The notes beneath the pieces are model-generated. The model saw nothing but the letters and a program-made list of their open reading frames with translations, was not told the origin of the DNA and did not search any database. DNA of 64,000 nt from an uncultured Clostridia bacterium (lineage in GTDB: Bacteria; Bacillota; Clostridia; Christensenellales; Aristaeellaceae), in NCBI GenBank assembly GCA_934615235.1, contig CAKTTL010000002.1, forward strand, positions 6,184-70,183, given 5' to 3'. Position 1 is the stretch's first letter. Each line of letters begins with the position of its first letter. Positions 1-8,839 of the stretch are shown piece by piece. Position numbers and translations under genes: made by a program.

Positions 1-1348
1 AGACGAATTCATAGTCGTGCGTGACGATGAAGAGGATTTTGCCAAGTTCCGAGAGCTTCTGAATCAGCGCCGCCAGCCGCGCCATGCTGTCGAAGTCCAG
101 CCCGCTGGTGGGTTCGTCGATTACCAGCAGTTCCTTGCAGCCGACCATGGCGGAGGCCGCCGCCAGCCGCTGCTTCTGTCCGCCGGAAAGCGTGTTGGGG
201 TGGAGCTGCCGCAAAGGCGCAAGCCCCAGCGCTTCCAGCGTCTGCGCCGCAAGCTTTGTGTCGGGACGCTTAAGCCCGAACGTGCACTCCGCCTCCACGC
301 TTTTGGCGAAGAGCTGATAATTCACATCCTGCATAACCATGCAGGAGCGCTTCATTCGCGCTTTCAATGGCAAAGCTTTGCCATTGAAAAGATACGAACC
401 GGCCGCTTCCTTATGCAGTCCGCAGAGCGCGCGGGAGAAGGTCGTTTTCCCCGCGCCGTTGCGGCCGGCGACGGCGATCACGTCTCCGGGCGCGGCCTGC
501 AGAGAAAGCGCATGGAGAACCGGCCGCTTCTGATAGGACAGGGCCACGTTTTGCAGCGCGAAGACCGGGGAAGCATGGGGCGCGGCAAAATGCGCGGGGC
601 GCTCCTGCGCCAGATCCGTGGCCCGCAGCCCCATTTCCTGCCGCCGCTGCGCCGGGAGAGCCCGGAACTGCTCGGGCGTCCAGTCGCCCGCGATGCTGCC
701 GTTTTCCAGATAAACGATGCGATCCGCCACGTCCATCAGGTAAAAAAGCCGGTGTTCCGCGACGACGACGGTTTTTCCCTGCGCCTTGACGAGCTTCAGA
801 TGCTCCTTCAGCTCGCTGATCGCCGCCATATCCAGATTGGAGGACGGTTCGTCCAGCAGGTAAATTTCCGGATTCATGGCGTAAACGGAGGCAAAGGCGA
901 TTTTCTGCTTTTCGCCGCCGGAGAGGGCGAAAATGTTGCGGTTCAGAAGCGGTTCGATCCGCAGGGCTTTTGCCGTTTCCGCCACGCGGCACTTCATCTG
1001 CGGTTGAGGAACGGCCTCGTTTTCCATGCCGAAGGCGATTTCGCTATCGGTATCCACGTTGAAAAACTGCGTCCGGGGATTTTGAAACACGCTGCCTACC
1101 CTTTCTGCGATGCGGTACATGGGCAGGCCGCAAAGATTCTCTCCGTCCAGCAGCACCCTGCCGCTCAGCTCGCCTGTGAAAAATTGCGGAATCAGGCCGT
1201 TGACGAGCCGCGTCAGCGTGGTTTTGCCGCAGCCGCTTCGCCCGCAGAGCAGGACGCACTGCCCGTCCGGAATCGTCAGGTTGATGTGCTTCAGGCCGCC
1301 GTCCGCGCTGCCCGCATAGGCAAAGGATACATTCTCGAACTCGATCAT
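1..1348 (-). CDS. ECF/ABC transporter ATP-binding protein with two fused ATPase domains (C-terminal end runs off the window start)
   Basis: Reading the minus strand from the ATG at 1348 (ATGA overlap with the upstream gene stop) gives MIEFENVSFAY. Also present: Walker A LLCGRSGCGKTT (~1210-1250), LSGGEKQKIA signature, second Walker A GRNGAGKTT (~440-475) and LSGGQKQR (~170-200). It is absent from the ORF track only because no stop lies inside the window. Confidence 0.85.
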   Translation of the reverse strand, partial: MIEFENVSFAYAGSADGGLKHINLTIPDGQCVLLCGRSGCGKTTLTRLVNGLIPQFFTGELSGRVLLDGENLCGLPMYRIAERVGSVFQNPRTQFFNVDTDSEIAFGMENEAVPQPQMKCRVAETAKALRIEPLLNRNIFALSGGEKQKIAFASVYAMNPEIYLLDEPSSNLDMAAISELKEHLKLVKAQGKTVVVAEHRLFYLMDVADRIVYLENGSIAGDWTPEQFRALPAQRRQEMGLRATDLAQERPAHFAAPHASPVFALQNVALSYQKRPVLHALSLQAAPGDVIAVAGRNGAGKTTFSRALCGLHKEAAGSYLFNGKALPLKARMKRSCMVMQDVNYQLFAKSVEAECTFGLKRPDTKLAAQTLEALGLAPLRQLHPNTLSGGQKQRLAAASAMVGCKELLVIDEPTSGLDFDSMARLAALIQKLSELGKILFIVTHDYEFV

Positions 1349-2049
1349 AAGGCCATACCCTTCCATACAAGCTCTGCAGCCAGAAACGCCGTGAACAGCA
1401 GCATTGCCAGCCAGTCCGCCGCCCGCATCTGAATGGACACAAGGCAGGTGCGGGGCTTCGGGTTTTCAATGCCTCGCGTCATGGAAGCGACGGACAGCTC
1501 GTCCGCCGCCTTGCTGGCCGCTGTCAGCAGCGGCACATAGATGCAGTCGATCGTCATGGCGGGTGCCTTCAGAAAGCCGGGGAGCGTCGGCGATACGTCC
1601 CGCAGACGCATGGCGTCCTTGATAAACCGCCAGTCCTCGCGAATTGTGGGCAAATAGCGGAGCATGACGGCAAGGGGAATGGTCAGCTTTTTTGGAATGC
1701 GCAGCCGCGCCATGGCGGAGAGAAATTCGCCGACTCTGGTGGTGGAAATCACAATCCCCGCCAGCATCCCGCAGGCGTAGACCTTGTGCACCAGCCCGAG
1801 AAAAGCCACGAACATCGTTCGCCATGTGCCGGTGAACGCGCCCATACACCAGCCTGTGAACAGGCAAATCAGCGCATAGACGATCATGCCGCGCAGCGCA
1901 TAGCGCCATTTTCCGCAGAGCGCGGCCAGCAGGCCGATGAGCACGACCAGGGCGAACTGAAAAGACAGGCTCGGCGCGAACATGGCGCTCAGGACGCAAA
2001 GCAGGATGAGAAACAGCTTTGCCCGGGGGTCCAGACGCAGCGGTTTCAT
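1345..2049 (-). CDS. ECF transporter transmembrane (T) component, CbiQ/EcfT family
   Basis: 234-aa polytopic membrane ORF with the LRYLP..RED-type C-terminal region. It overlaps by 4 nt with both the S component upstream and the ATPase downstream. Confidence 0.8.
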   Translation of the reverse strand: MKPLRLDPRAKLFLILLCVLSAMFAPSLSFQFALVVLIGLLAALCGKWRYALRGMIVYALICLFTGWCMGAFTGTWRTMFVAFLGLVHKVYACGMLAGIVISTTRVGEFLSAMARLRIPKKLTIPLAVMLRYLPTIREDWRFIKDAMRLRDVSPTLPGFLKAPAMTIDCIYVPLLTAASKAADELSVASMTRGIENPKPRTCLVSIQMRAADWLAMLLFTAFLAAELVWKGMAL

Positions 2050-2648
2050 TGGGTGATACCGGCTTTTTCAAACTGCCTGTTCAGCATCTTGCAGCCGACG
2101 AACGCGCTGAGCGCGGCGACAAGGACGGTTCCCACCAGCATGACGATCAGAATCCATGCGCTTCCCGCGGAACGCATGGCGTCGATGTAGGATTGCTCCG
2201 TGCCGTTGCCCAGCATGGTTCTGGCCCAGCCGTCCGGGTTGGCAAAAAAGACGAGATAGGAAGCGGTGCCGCCGAGAGAAAGCAGGATATAGGAAAGCGA
2301 ATTGATTTTCCTGCTCTGATAATTTCCGCTTCCGGCTGCGAGATCGGCGATGACGCCCATCACCAGATACCCCAGCGCCATCGCCCAGTGCATACCGGTG
2401 ACGAACCAGACGATGCAGAGAATCGCGCCGAGAATGGCGACCGCCCAGCGCTTTTGCACCTTGGCAAGCATCAGCAGGTACACCGGCCCGCACAACAGCG
2501 CGCTGCCTATGGGCATATAGAACGTCAGCACCGGGTTCGGCGCAAAGAAAATGCCGCCCACAAGGGCGAAAACAAGAAAAAGCGCGGTAAAGATGCCGAC
2601 GGTGACCAGATCTTTCACGGTGAGGCTTTTTTTGCTGATTGTCCGCAT
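2046..2648 (-). CDS. ECF transporter substrate-specific (S) component, MptD/Trep_Strep-like
   Basis: 200-aa protein with 6 predicted TM segments, first gene of the S-T-A operon. The family assignment is by sequence resemblance and is not verified. Confidence 0.6.
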   Translation of the reverse strand: MRTISKKSLTVKDLVTVGIFTALFLVFALVGGIFFAPNPVLTFYMPIGSALLCGPVYLLMLAKVQKRWAVAILGAILCIVWFVTGMHWAMALGYLVMGVIADLAAGSGNYQSRKINSLSYILLSLGGTASYLVFFANPDGWARTMLGNGTEQSYIDAMRSAGSAWILIVMLVGTVLVAALSAFVGCKMLNRQFEKAGITQ

Positions 2649-2815
2649 GATAAAATCTCCTTTGCATTGCCGGACGGTTTGACTTTTGAACCGCCGTCTG
2701 TTATAGTTTGGTTAGAGAACACTGACCGGAATTAAAGGTGTCATACCGCGGCGATTCCATCAAGAGCAGGCGGACGTTTCTGCCTGATCGTTGCAAAGAA
2801 TTGGCTGTTCGTTGT

Positions 2816-2978
2816 AGGGTGTATCTGAAAAATTCCCTGAGGCTCCATCACGGCGTCTTTTCCGCCATTTCAGCGTCGGAAAATCTCGATTTAGGCCCAC
2901 TAAACCTTCGATTTTCCTCCTTGAACTGACGAAAAAATCCGCTCGCGCTGTCGCCTCTTCCTTTTTCAGATACACCCT
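2816..2978 (+). repeat. MITE-like dispersed element, full-length copy 1
   Basis: Starts AGGGTGTATCTGAAAAA and ends TTTTTCAGATACACCCT (perfect 17-bp inverted termini). Near-identical to 17284-17445 and 34986-35147. Confidence 0.85.
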
Positions 2979-2988
2979 AAGGAGAATT

Positions 2989-3966
2989 ATGAAAAGCGAT
3001 ATTTTGACGGACTATTACCGGCCCCTTTTGGAGCGCAACAATTTTCATCCCGTCCCGTGTCCGGAAAAATTCAGCCCGGCGGGGCAGTGCTGGAAGATTG
3101 CGCCTGCGCCTGCGGTTGGCGAAGGCTTTTACTGGGTCTACGCGAAGCAGGATCTGTTCGATATCAAAATCCACGATTTTTATTTCAACGACGATTGCTG
3201 TCTGGATATGGCGATCCCCGAATGTATCAGCATCCAGCGCTACGACTCCATTTCCGGCGAGGAACTGAACCCCTACCGCCGGCTGTCGGCCGGAGATATT
3301 CAGACCATTGTGGGGGGAAAACAGCGCTATCGCGCTTTAATTCATAAGCGCATCCCCATTCATTCCGTCGGCATTGAAATCCTCCCGGCCTATTACGATG
3401 ATTTCCTCAGGCAGCAGTATCCGGATCTTTATTTCGATCTCCCGTCCGCCTTTCAAAGCATAGATCAGGCGGCGGATTTTCCTGCCATGTCCAAGCTGCT
3501 GTTTGAAATTGAAAATTACCGGGGCGACGGGGCGGCGGCCGCGCTTTTTTACGAGGCCAAGGTTACGGAGGCGATTGCTCTGGTCGTGGACGCATGGAAG
3601 CGGCAGAGCCAGAAGCGGGAACGGCCGCTCTCGGCGGAAGACGAGGAAAGCCTGCGAAACGTCGTCAGCTATATCGCCGATCACTATGCCTTCGATATTC
3701 CGCTGGAGCGGCTGGCGAATATCGCCTGCATGAGCGAAAGCAAGCTGAAAAGCTGCTTCAGGCGGCAGTTTGGGTGCAGCGTTACGCAGCATATTCAGGG
3801 CAGGAGAATGAGCCAGGCGGAGCATCTGCTGATCAATACCGATTTTACCATGGGGCAAATCGCTCAGATGATCGGCTACACGACCTCCAGCCGGTTTGCG
3901 GAGCTGTTCAAAAAGAGTACGGGCATTCTGCCGATCGAGTATCGGAAGCTGGCAAGACGGGGATAG
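2989..3966 (+). CDS. AraC-family transcriptional regulator
   Basis: 325 aa with a C-terminal double HTH (..SVTQHIQGRRMSQAEHLLINTDFTMGQIAQMIGYTTSSRFAELFKK..). SD AAGGAG at 2979-2984. Confidence 0.85.
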   Translation: MKSDILTDYYRPLLERNNFHPVPCPEKFSPAGQCWKIAPAPAVGEGFYWVYAKQDLFDIKIHDFYFNDDCCLDMAIPECISIQRYDSISGEELNPYRRLSAGDIQTIVGGKQRYRALIHKRIPIHSVGIEILPAYYDDFLRQQYPDLYFDLPSAFQSIDQAADFPAMSKLLFEIENYRGDGAAAALFYEAKVTEAIALVVDAWKRQSQKRERPLSAEDEESLRNVVSYIADHYAFDIPLERLANIACMSESKLKSCFRRQFGCSVTQHIQGRRMSQAEHLLINTDFTMGQIAQMIGYTTSSRFAELFKKSTGILPIEYRKLARRG

Positions 3967-3993
3967 GCGCGCCGGATGTTTTCGAAAAAACTG

Positions 3994-4022
3994 TTGAAAT
4001 TAGCCGCGGGTTATGGTATAGT
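3994..4022 (+). promoter_or_regulatory. Sigma-70-type promoter for the codBA leader
   Basis: TTGAAA (3994-3999), 17-nt spacer, TATAGT (4017-4022). Confidence 0.55.
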
Positions 4023-4095
4023 ACAACCGCTTCAGATGTCTTTAAGACGGTACAGAGATGCCGATAAGACTGCGAAACGTTGTTTTGCGTATAAT

Positions 4096-4133
4096 CGGCC
4101 TGTACCCTGCTCGAGGGGACAGGCCGTTTTTTT
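4096..4133 (+). terminator. Intrinsic terminator/attenuator in the codB 5' leader
   Basis: Stem CGGCCTGT(ACCC)...(GGGG)ACAGGCCG followed by T7 (4127-4133), 58 nt upstream of the codB ATG. An upstream segment at 4049-4065 can pair with the terminator 5' arm. Confidence 0.7.
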
Positions 4134-4190
4134 CGCTGATGAGACTTCTGAAGAAAATACAATCTGCCAACGCAGAGGAAGGAAGTCGTC

Positions 4191-5456
4191 ATGACAACGA
4201 AAACCAAACCGCCTCAGGATGTGGACTACACCGGCGAGCGCGTGCCCGCTTCGGCGCGCAAGGGCTTCTGGCCCATGTTCTTTATTATGCTGGGCTTCAC
4301 GTTCTTCTCTGCCAGCATGTGGACCGGCGTGGATCTGGCCAACGGCCTGGATTTGCAGGGCTTCGTCTGGACCATTCTGCTGGGCGGCGTGATTCTGGCC
4401 GCCTATACCGGCGCGCTGGGCTATATCGGCTGCAAAACCGGCCTGTCCTTTGATCTGCTGTCCCGCCGCGCGTTCGGGAGCAAAGGCTCCTATCTGCCTT
4501 CCGCGCTGATTGCGCTGACGCAGATCGGCTGGTTCGGCGTAGGGGCGGCGATGTTCGCCATTCCCGCGGCGCAGGTGCTTGCGCCCGAATCCACGATCCT
4601 GCCGTATCTGCTGGTGCTGGCCGTAGGCGTGTGCATGACCACGTCGGCCTACTTTGGCATCAAGGGATTGGAAATCGTATCCTACGTCTCCGTGCCGCTG
4701 ATTGCGATCCTGGGCACTTACGCCATGGTGACCGCCACCGTGCAGGGCGGCGGCCTTGCCGCGATCTTCGCCAAATCCACCGGCAAGCTGACGATCTTCT
4801 CCGGCGTGGGGCTGGTGATCGGTTCATTCGTCAGCGGAGGTACCGCCACTCCGAACTTCACCCGCTTTGCCAGGGGCAACAAGGCGGCGGTCTGGACCAC
4901 GGTCATCGCCTTTTTCATCGGCAATACGCTGATGTTCTGCTTCGGCGGCGTTGCGGGCGCGTTCGTGGGCAGCAACGATATTTTCTGGGTCATGATTGAA
5001 CTGAACCTCGGAATTTTCGCCTTCCTGGTGCTCGGCGCGAATATCTGGACGACCAACGATAACGCGCTTTACACCGGCGCGCTGGGCCTGTCCAACATCA
5101 CCGGGAAAAAGAAAAAGCCCATGGTCATCCTGGCCGGCGTGATCGGAACGCTGGCAGCCATGTGGCTGTATTACAACTTCTGCAACTGGCTGACGCTGCT
5201 CAACGCCACGCTGCCCGCCATCGGCGTGATCCTGATCGCGGATTTCTTCCTGCGCCGGGAGCACTATGAAGGCGAAGAAAAAGCCGCTTCGCCCGTCAAC
5301 TGGGCGGCCATCATCGGCGTGGCGGCGGGCGCGCTGGTGGGCAACCTGACGGGCGGCAACCTGATTCCCGGTTTCTCCTTCGGCATCGCCGCCATCAACA
5401 ACATGCTGGTCGCCCTGGCCTGCTATCTGGCGGGCGGACTGCTGAAGCGCAAATAA
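4191..5456 (+). CDS. codB: Cytosine/purine permease (NCS1 family)
   Basis: 421-aa 12-TM ORF resembling CodB, immediately upstream of a cytosine deaminase. Confidence 0.8.
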   Translation: MTTKTKPPQDVDYTGERVPASARKGFWPMFFIMLGFTFFSASMWTGVDLANGLDLQGFVWTILLGGVILAAYTGALGYIGCKTGLSFDLLSRRAFGSKGSYLPSALIALTQIGWFGVGAAMFAIPAAQVLAPESTILPYLLVLAVGVCMTTSAYFGIKGLEIVSYVSVPLIAILGTYAMVTATVQGGGLAAIFAKSTGKLTIFSGVGLVIGSFVSGGTATPNFTRFARGNKAAVWTTVIAFFIGNTLMFCFGGVAGAFVGSNDIFWVMIELNLGIFAFLVLGANIWTTNDNALYTGALGLSNITGKKKKPMVILAGVIGTLAAMWLYYNFCNWLTLLNATLPAIGVILIADFFLRREHYEGEEKAASPVNWAAIIGVAAGALVGNLTGGNLIPGFSFGIAAINNMLVALACYLAGGLLKRK

Positions 5457-5472
5457 CGCGGGAGGGAAAATC

Positions 5473-6708
5473 ATGCTGTATCAAAACCTGTATCTGGAAA
5501 ACGCGACGGAAACCTGCGATATTCGCGTGGAAAACGGCGTCTTCACGCAGATTGCTCCGGCGCTTGCGCCGCACCCTGGCGAAGAATGCCGGGATTACGC
5601 CGGAAAGCTGGCGCTTGCGCCGCTGATTGAAAGCCATGTTCATCTGGATACCTGCCTGACCGCGGGCGATCCGGTCTGGAATATGTCCGGCACGCTGTTT
5701 GAGGGCATCGAATGCTGGGCCAGGCGCAAGGAAAAGCTGACAAAGGCGGATGTGCGGGAGCGCGTGCAGCGGGCGGTCAGGCTATATGCCGTCAACGGCA
5801 TACAGCATATCCGAACCCATGTGGACGTGACCGACCCGAAGCTTACCGCCATGGAGGCGCTGCTCGAGCTGCGCGAGGAACTGCGCGATGTGATGGATAT
5901 TCAGATCGTCGCCTTTCCGCAGGAGGGGATTGAAAGCTATCCCAACGGGCGGCAGCTGATAGAAAACGCGGTGCGCATGGGCGCGGACTGCGTGGGCGCG
6001 ATTCCGCATTTCGAATTCACGCGGGAATATAGCGTTTCGTCTCTGAACTTCGCCATGGAACTGGCGCAGAAGTACGATAAGCTGGTGGATGTGCATTGCG
6101 ATGAAATCGACGACGAGGCCTCCCGCGGGCTGGAAACGCTGGCCGCCAGGGCCTATGAGACCGGCCTGACCGACCGCGTAACCGCCAGCCATACCACGGC
6201 GATGCATTCCTATAACAACGCTTATGTGCAGCGGCTGATGCGTCTGCTCAAAATGAGCCGGATCAACTTTGTCGCGAATCCCCTGGTCAACACGCACCTG
6301 CAGGGGCGCGTCGACACCTATCCCAAGCGGCGCGGCGTCACCCGCGTCAGGGAGCTGACCGAAGCGGGCCTGAACGTCTCCTTCGGCCACGACGATATCT
6401 TCGATCCCTGGTATCCCATGGGAACCGGCTCTCTGCGGGATGTGGTCTTCATGGGCCTGCATGTATGCCAGATGATGGGCTACGAGGACATTATGAACGC
6501 CTATCGCTTTATCTCCACCAACGCGGCCAGAACCCTCCATCTGGGCGACAGCTACGGCGTCAAGGTGGGAAACCCGGCCAGCTTTATTGTGCTGGACGCG
6601 AAGAATTATTACGACGCGCTGAATCAAAACGCGACGGTGCTGCTCTCCTGCCGCAAGGGAAAGCCCATTGCCCAGGGGACGCCCGGCAGCCGGGAAACGC
6701 TGTTCTGA
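5473..6708 (+). CDS. codA: Cytosine deaminase (amidohydrolase superfamily)
   Basis: 411 aa with the HVHLDT metal-binding motif, HTTAMHS, and GHDD near the C-terminus. SD GGGAGGG. Confidence 0.85.
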   Translation: MLYQNLYLENATETCDIRVENGVFTQIAPALAPHPGEECRDYAGKLALAPLIESHVHLDTCLTAGDPVWNMSGTLFEGIECWARRKEKLTKADVRERVQRAVRLYAVNGIQHIRTHVDVTDPKLTAMEALLELREELRDVMDIQIVAFPQEGIESYPNGRQLIENAVRMGADCVGAIPHFEFTREYSVSSLNFAMELAQKYDKLVDVHCDEIDDEASRGLETLAARAYETGLTDRVTASHTTAMHSYNNAYVQRLMRLLKMSRINFVANPLVNTHLQGRVDTYPKRRGVTRVRELTEAGLNVSFGHDDIFDPWYPMGTGSLRDVVFMGLHVCQMMGYEDIMNAYRFISTNAARTLHLGDSYGVKVGNPASFIVLDAKNYYDALNQNATVLLSCRKGKPIAQGTPGSRETLF

Positions 6709-6740
6709 CCGGCGGGCGCAAACTGTATTGAACAAAAAAA

Positions 6741-6784
6741 ATGCGGCTATGGTGTGAAAGGAAACTTTCGCACCATAGCCGCAT
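6741..6784. terminator. Bidirectional intrinsic terminator between codA (+) and the M42 operon (-)
   Basis: Perfect 14-bp stem ATGCGGCTATGGTG/CACCATAGCCGCAT, flanked by A8 upstream and TTTTGT downstream. Confidence 0.8.
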
Positions 6785-6800
6785 TTTGTCAGTCGGGCGT

Positions 6801-7793
6801 TTATTCCAGCCCTTCCACGTACGCTTTCAGCAGCGCGACGGATTGCTCCATATCGCGCAGGCTGACGGTTTCAACGGGGGAGTGGACGTAGAGACAGGGG
6901 ATCGAAAGCGTGCCGGAGGGAATGCCGCCGCGCGTGGTGACGATGGCGGAAGCGTCCGTGCCGCCGTAGGGCAGCACTTCGTATTGGAAGGGAACGCCCG
7001 CGCGTCTGGCGGCGGCGATGAGCGCGTCGCGCACAACGGGGGTGGAGATGCTGCCGCTGTCCTTGATTTTGACGGCGGGTCCCTTTCCGACGTAAACCGG
7101 CATGGGCGGATCGGCTTTGGGCGTGCCGCCTGCGACGGTCACGTCGATGGCGATGCCGACGTCCGGCTCGAGGGCGAACGCGGCGGCCTTTGCGCCGCGG
7201 CAGCCGACCTCCTCCTGCGTGGAGAAGACGGCGAAAACGTCGTGCTTCGTCTTACCGAGCGACTGGACGAGCTCGACCAGCACGGCGCAGGCGCTGCGGT
7301 TATCCATATAGGGCGCGCTGACGCGCTCGCCGAGGAACGCGGCCTGCAGCGGGAGCGAGCAAACGCTGCCCACCGGCGCGATTTTGAGCGCTTGTTCTTC
7401 GGTTTCCGCGCCGACGTCGATGAAAAGGCGGCCCATCGTGTATTTGCCGTCCGGCAGCGGCTCGGAAGAAACCACGCCTTCCGCGCCGTTTTCGAAGACG
7501 ACCTTGCGCGCGACCATCTGCGCCGCGCTCACGCCGCCCAGCGGCGTTACGCGCAGGAAGCCCTTTTCGTCCGCGGCGTATACCATCAGGCCGATGGTGT
7601 CCATGTGCGCGCTGAACAGGACGCGCCTGCCTTCGCCCGTGCCGCGCTTGACGGCGATCAGGTTGCCCATCGCGTCGGAGAAAAGCTCGTCCACATACGG
7701 CCGCACCGTTTCCGCGATTTTTTCGCGGATGGCGCGCTCACTGCCGCTGGGGCCGAACGGTTTGAGCATTTCAAGCAGCGTATCCTTCATCAT
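6801..7793 (-). CDS. M42-family metallo-aminopeptidase (FrvX/CelM/TET-like), paralog 3 of 3
   Basis: 330 aa. It has N-terminal GPSGSE, HMD, a D..SACAV-like block and EEVG motifs typical of M42. Confidence 0.8.
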   Translation of the reverse strand: MMKDTLLEMLKPFGPSGSERAIREKIAETVRPYVDELFSDAMGNLIAVKRGTGEGRRVLFSAHMDTIGLMVYAADEKGFLRVTPLGGVSAAQMVARKVVFENGAEGVVSSEPLPDGKYTMGRLFIDVGAETEEQALKIAPVGSVCSLPLQAAFLGERVSAPYMDNRSACAVLVELVQSLGKTKHDVFAVFSTQEEVGCRGAKAAAFALEPDVGIAIDVTVAGGTPKADPPMPVYVGKGPAVKIKDSGSISTPVVRDALIAAARRAGVPFQYEVLPYGGTDASAIVTTRGGIPSGTLSIPCLYVHSPVETVSLRDMEQSVALLKAYVEGLE

Positions 7794-8839
7794 ACCGGCA
7801 GCACCTCGCTCTTTGTAAGATCATTGTAAATTTCGGGAAGCGTATCGAGCAGCGCGTTTACCAGCGCGCTCTGCGCGGCAATATCGCTTCTGCGCAGGAT
7901 GCAGTTGCCGCTGTGCGAGCCGCGGCAGGGGATGGCGATCGACGCGGCGGGCTTGGCCAGCGCGCCGAATTGCAGACCGCCCATATCGCTCGCGGGCTGT
8001 ACGCCGCAAAGCTTCTGCCACGGGATTCCGGCCTTTTCGGCGGTCTGCTCGATGGCCGCGCGAAGCGCGCCGTGGGAAATGCTCGTGCGGCTCATCTGCG
8101 CGACGACCGCGCCGCCGCCGAGCATGCAGATGCGATCCTCGGGCTTTACGTCGCCCAGATCGTTTGCGCGCGCCGTCTCCAGCACAATCGCCAGATCGTT
8201 TTCAAGCCGCCGGCTCAGTACAAGCGCGCCGCGGCAGCCGATTTCCTCCTGCACGGTGAACGCGCAGGTCAGCCGGCCGCGATAGCCGTGCTGCAGCGCC
8301 TGAACCAGATTCATGCAGCTGGCGCGGTTATCGAGCGCGCGCCCGGCGAGGCTGTCCTCGCCGAAGGCGGCGACGGGGCTTTCGAACACGCAGTACGTGC
8401 CCATCGGGCAGAGCGCTTCCGCGCCCGCCTTGTCCTTCGCGCCGACGTCGATGTACATTTCGCTCAAGCGCGGCACGCGCTCGCGGTCGTCGGCCGATTG
8501 CAGGTGAATCGCCTTCGCACCGATAACGCCGGGCGTTTTCTTTTCGCCGCAGGAGACGATTTTCGAAACCGCATTGCGCGGGTCGATTTTGCCGACGGAC
8601 GTGAAGCGCAGCAGGCCGTCGTCGCGCGCGCCGGTGACGATGAACCCGGCCTCGTCCATGTGCGCGGCCAGCAGAATATGCGGGGCGGACGCGTCGCCGC
8701 CGTCTTTTACGCAGATCAGGTTGCCGACGCGATCGACCGTGCATTCTGCGCCCGCCTCCAGGCAGAGCACCCTGAGCAGATCGCGGATTTCTTTTTCATT
8801 TCCCGAAACGCCATGGGCGGCGCAAAGCTTCTCAAGCAT
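7790..8839 (-). CDS. M42-family metallo-aminopeptidase, paralog 2 of 3
   Basis: The ORF-track version starts at 8908. The start is more likely the ATG at 8839 (MLEKLCAAHGVSGNE), which overlaps the upstream paralog stop by 8 nt. HMDE, DNRA and QEEIGCRGA motifs are present. Confidence 0.75.
   Translation of the reverse strand: MLEKLCAAHGVSGNEKEIRDLLRVLCLEAGAECTVDRVGNLICVKDGGDASAPHILLAAHMDEAGFIVTGARDDGLLRFTSVGKIDPRNAVSKIVSCGEKKTPGVIGAKAIHLQSADDRERVPRLSEMYIDVGAKDKAGAEALCPMGTYCVFESPVAAFGEDSLAGRALDNRASCMNLVQALQHGYRGRLTCAFTVQEEIGCRGALVLSRRLENDLAIVLETARANDLGDVKPEDRICMLGGGAVVAQMSRTSISHGALRAAIEQTAEKAGIPWQKLCGVQPASDMGGLQFGALAKPAASIAIPCRGSHSGNCILRRSDIAAQSALVNALLDTLPEIYNDLTKSEVLPV

Noticed and set aside
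17-1432. 471-aa plus-strand ORF covering the first 1.4 kb.
   Set aside because: It is Arg/Gly/Ala-rich with no recognisable motifs. The opposite strand encodes a textbook double ABC ATPase with two Walker A motifs and two LSGG signatures. This is a typical antisense open frame in high-GC DNA.
2649-2815. Possible riboswitch in the leader of the ECF S-T-A operon.
   Set aside because: I could not recognise any known riboswitch core (THF, TPP, preQ1, FMN, cobalamin) or a clear terminator/antiterminator pair by eye. An Infernal scan is needed before any claim.
4085-4135. Purine riboswitch upstream of codB, prompted by the string CGTATAATCGGCC.
   Set aside because: The conserved three-way junction elements (the ..ATATGG.. 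and ..CTACC.. loop/junction sequences and P2/P3 hairpins) are absent. The segment is better explained as the 5' arm of a terminator. It is kept only as an unclassified attenuator.
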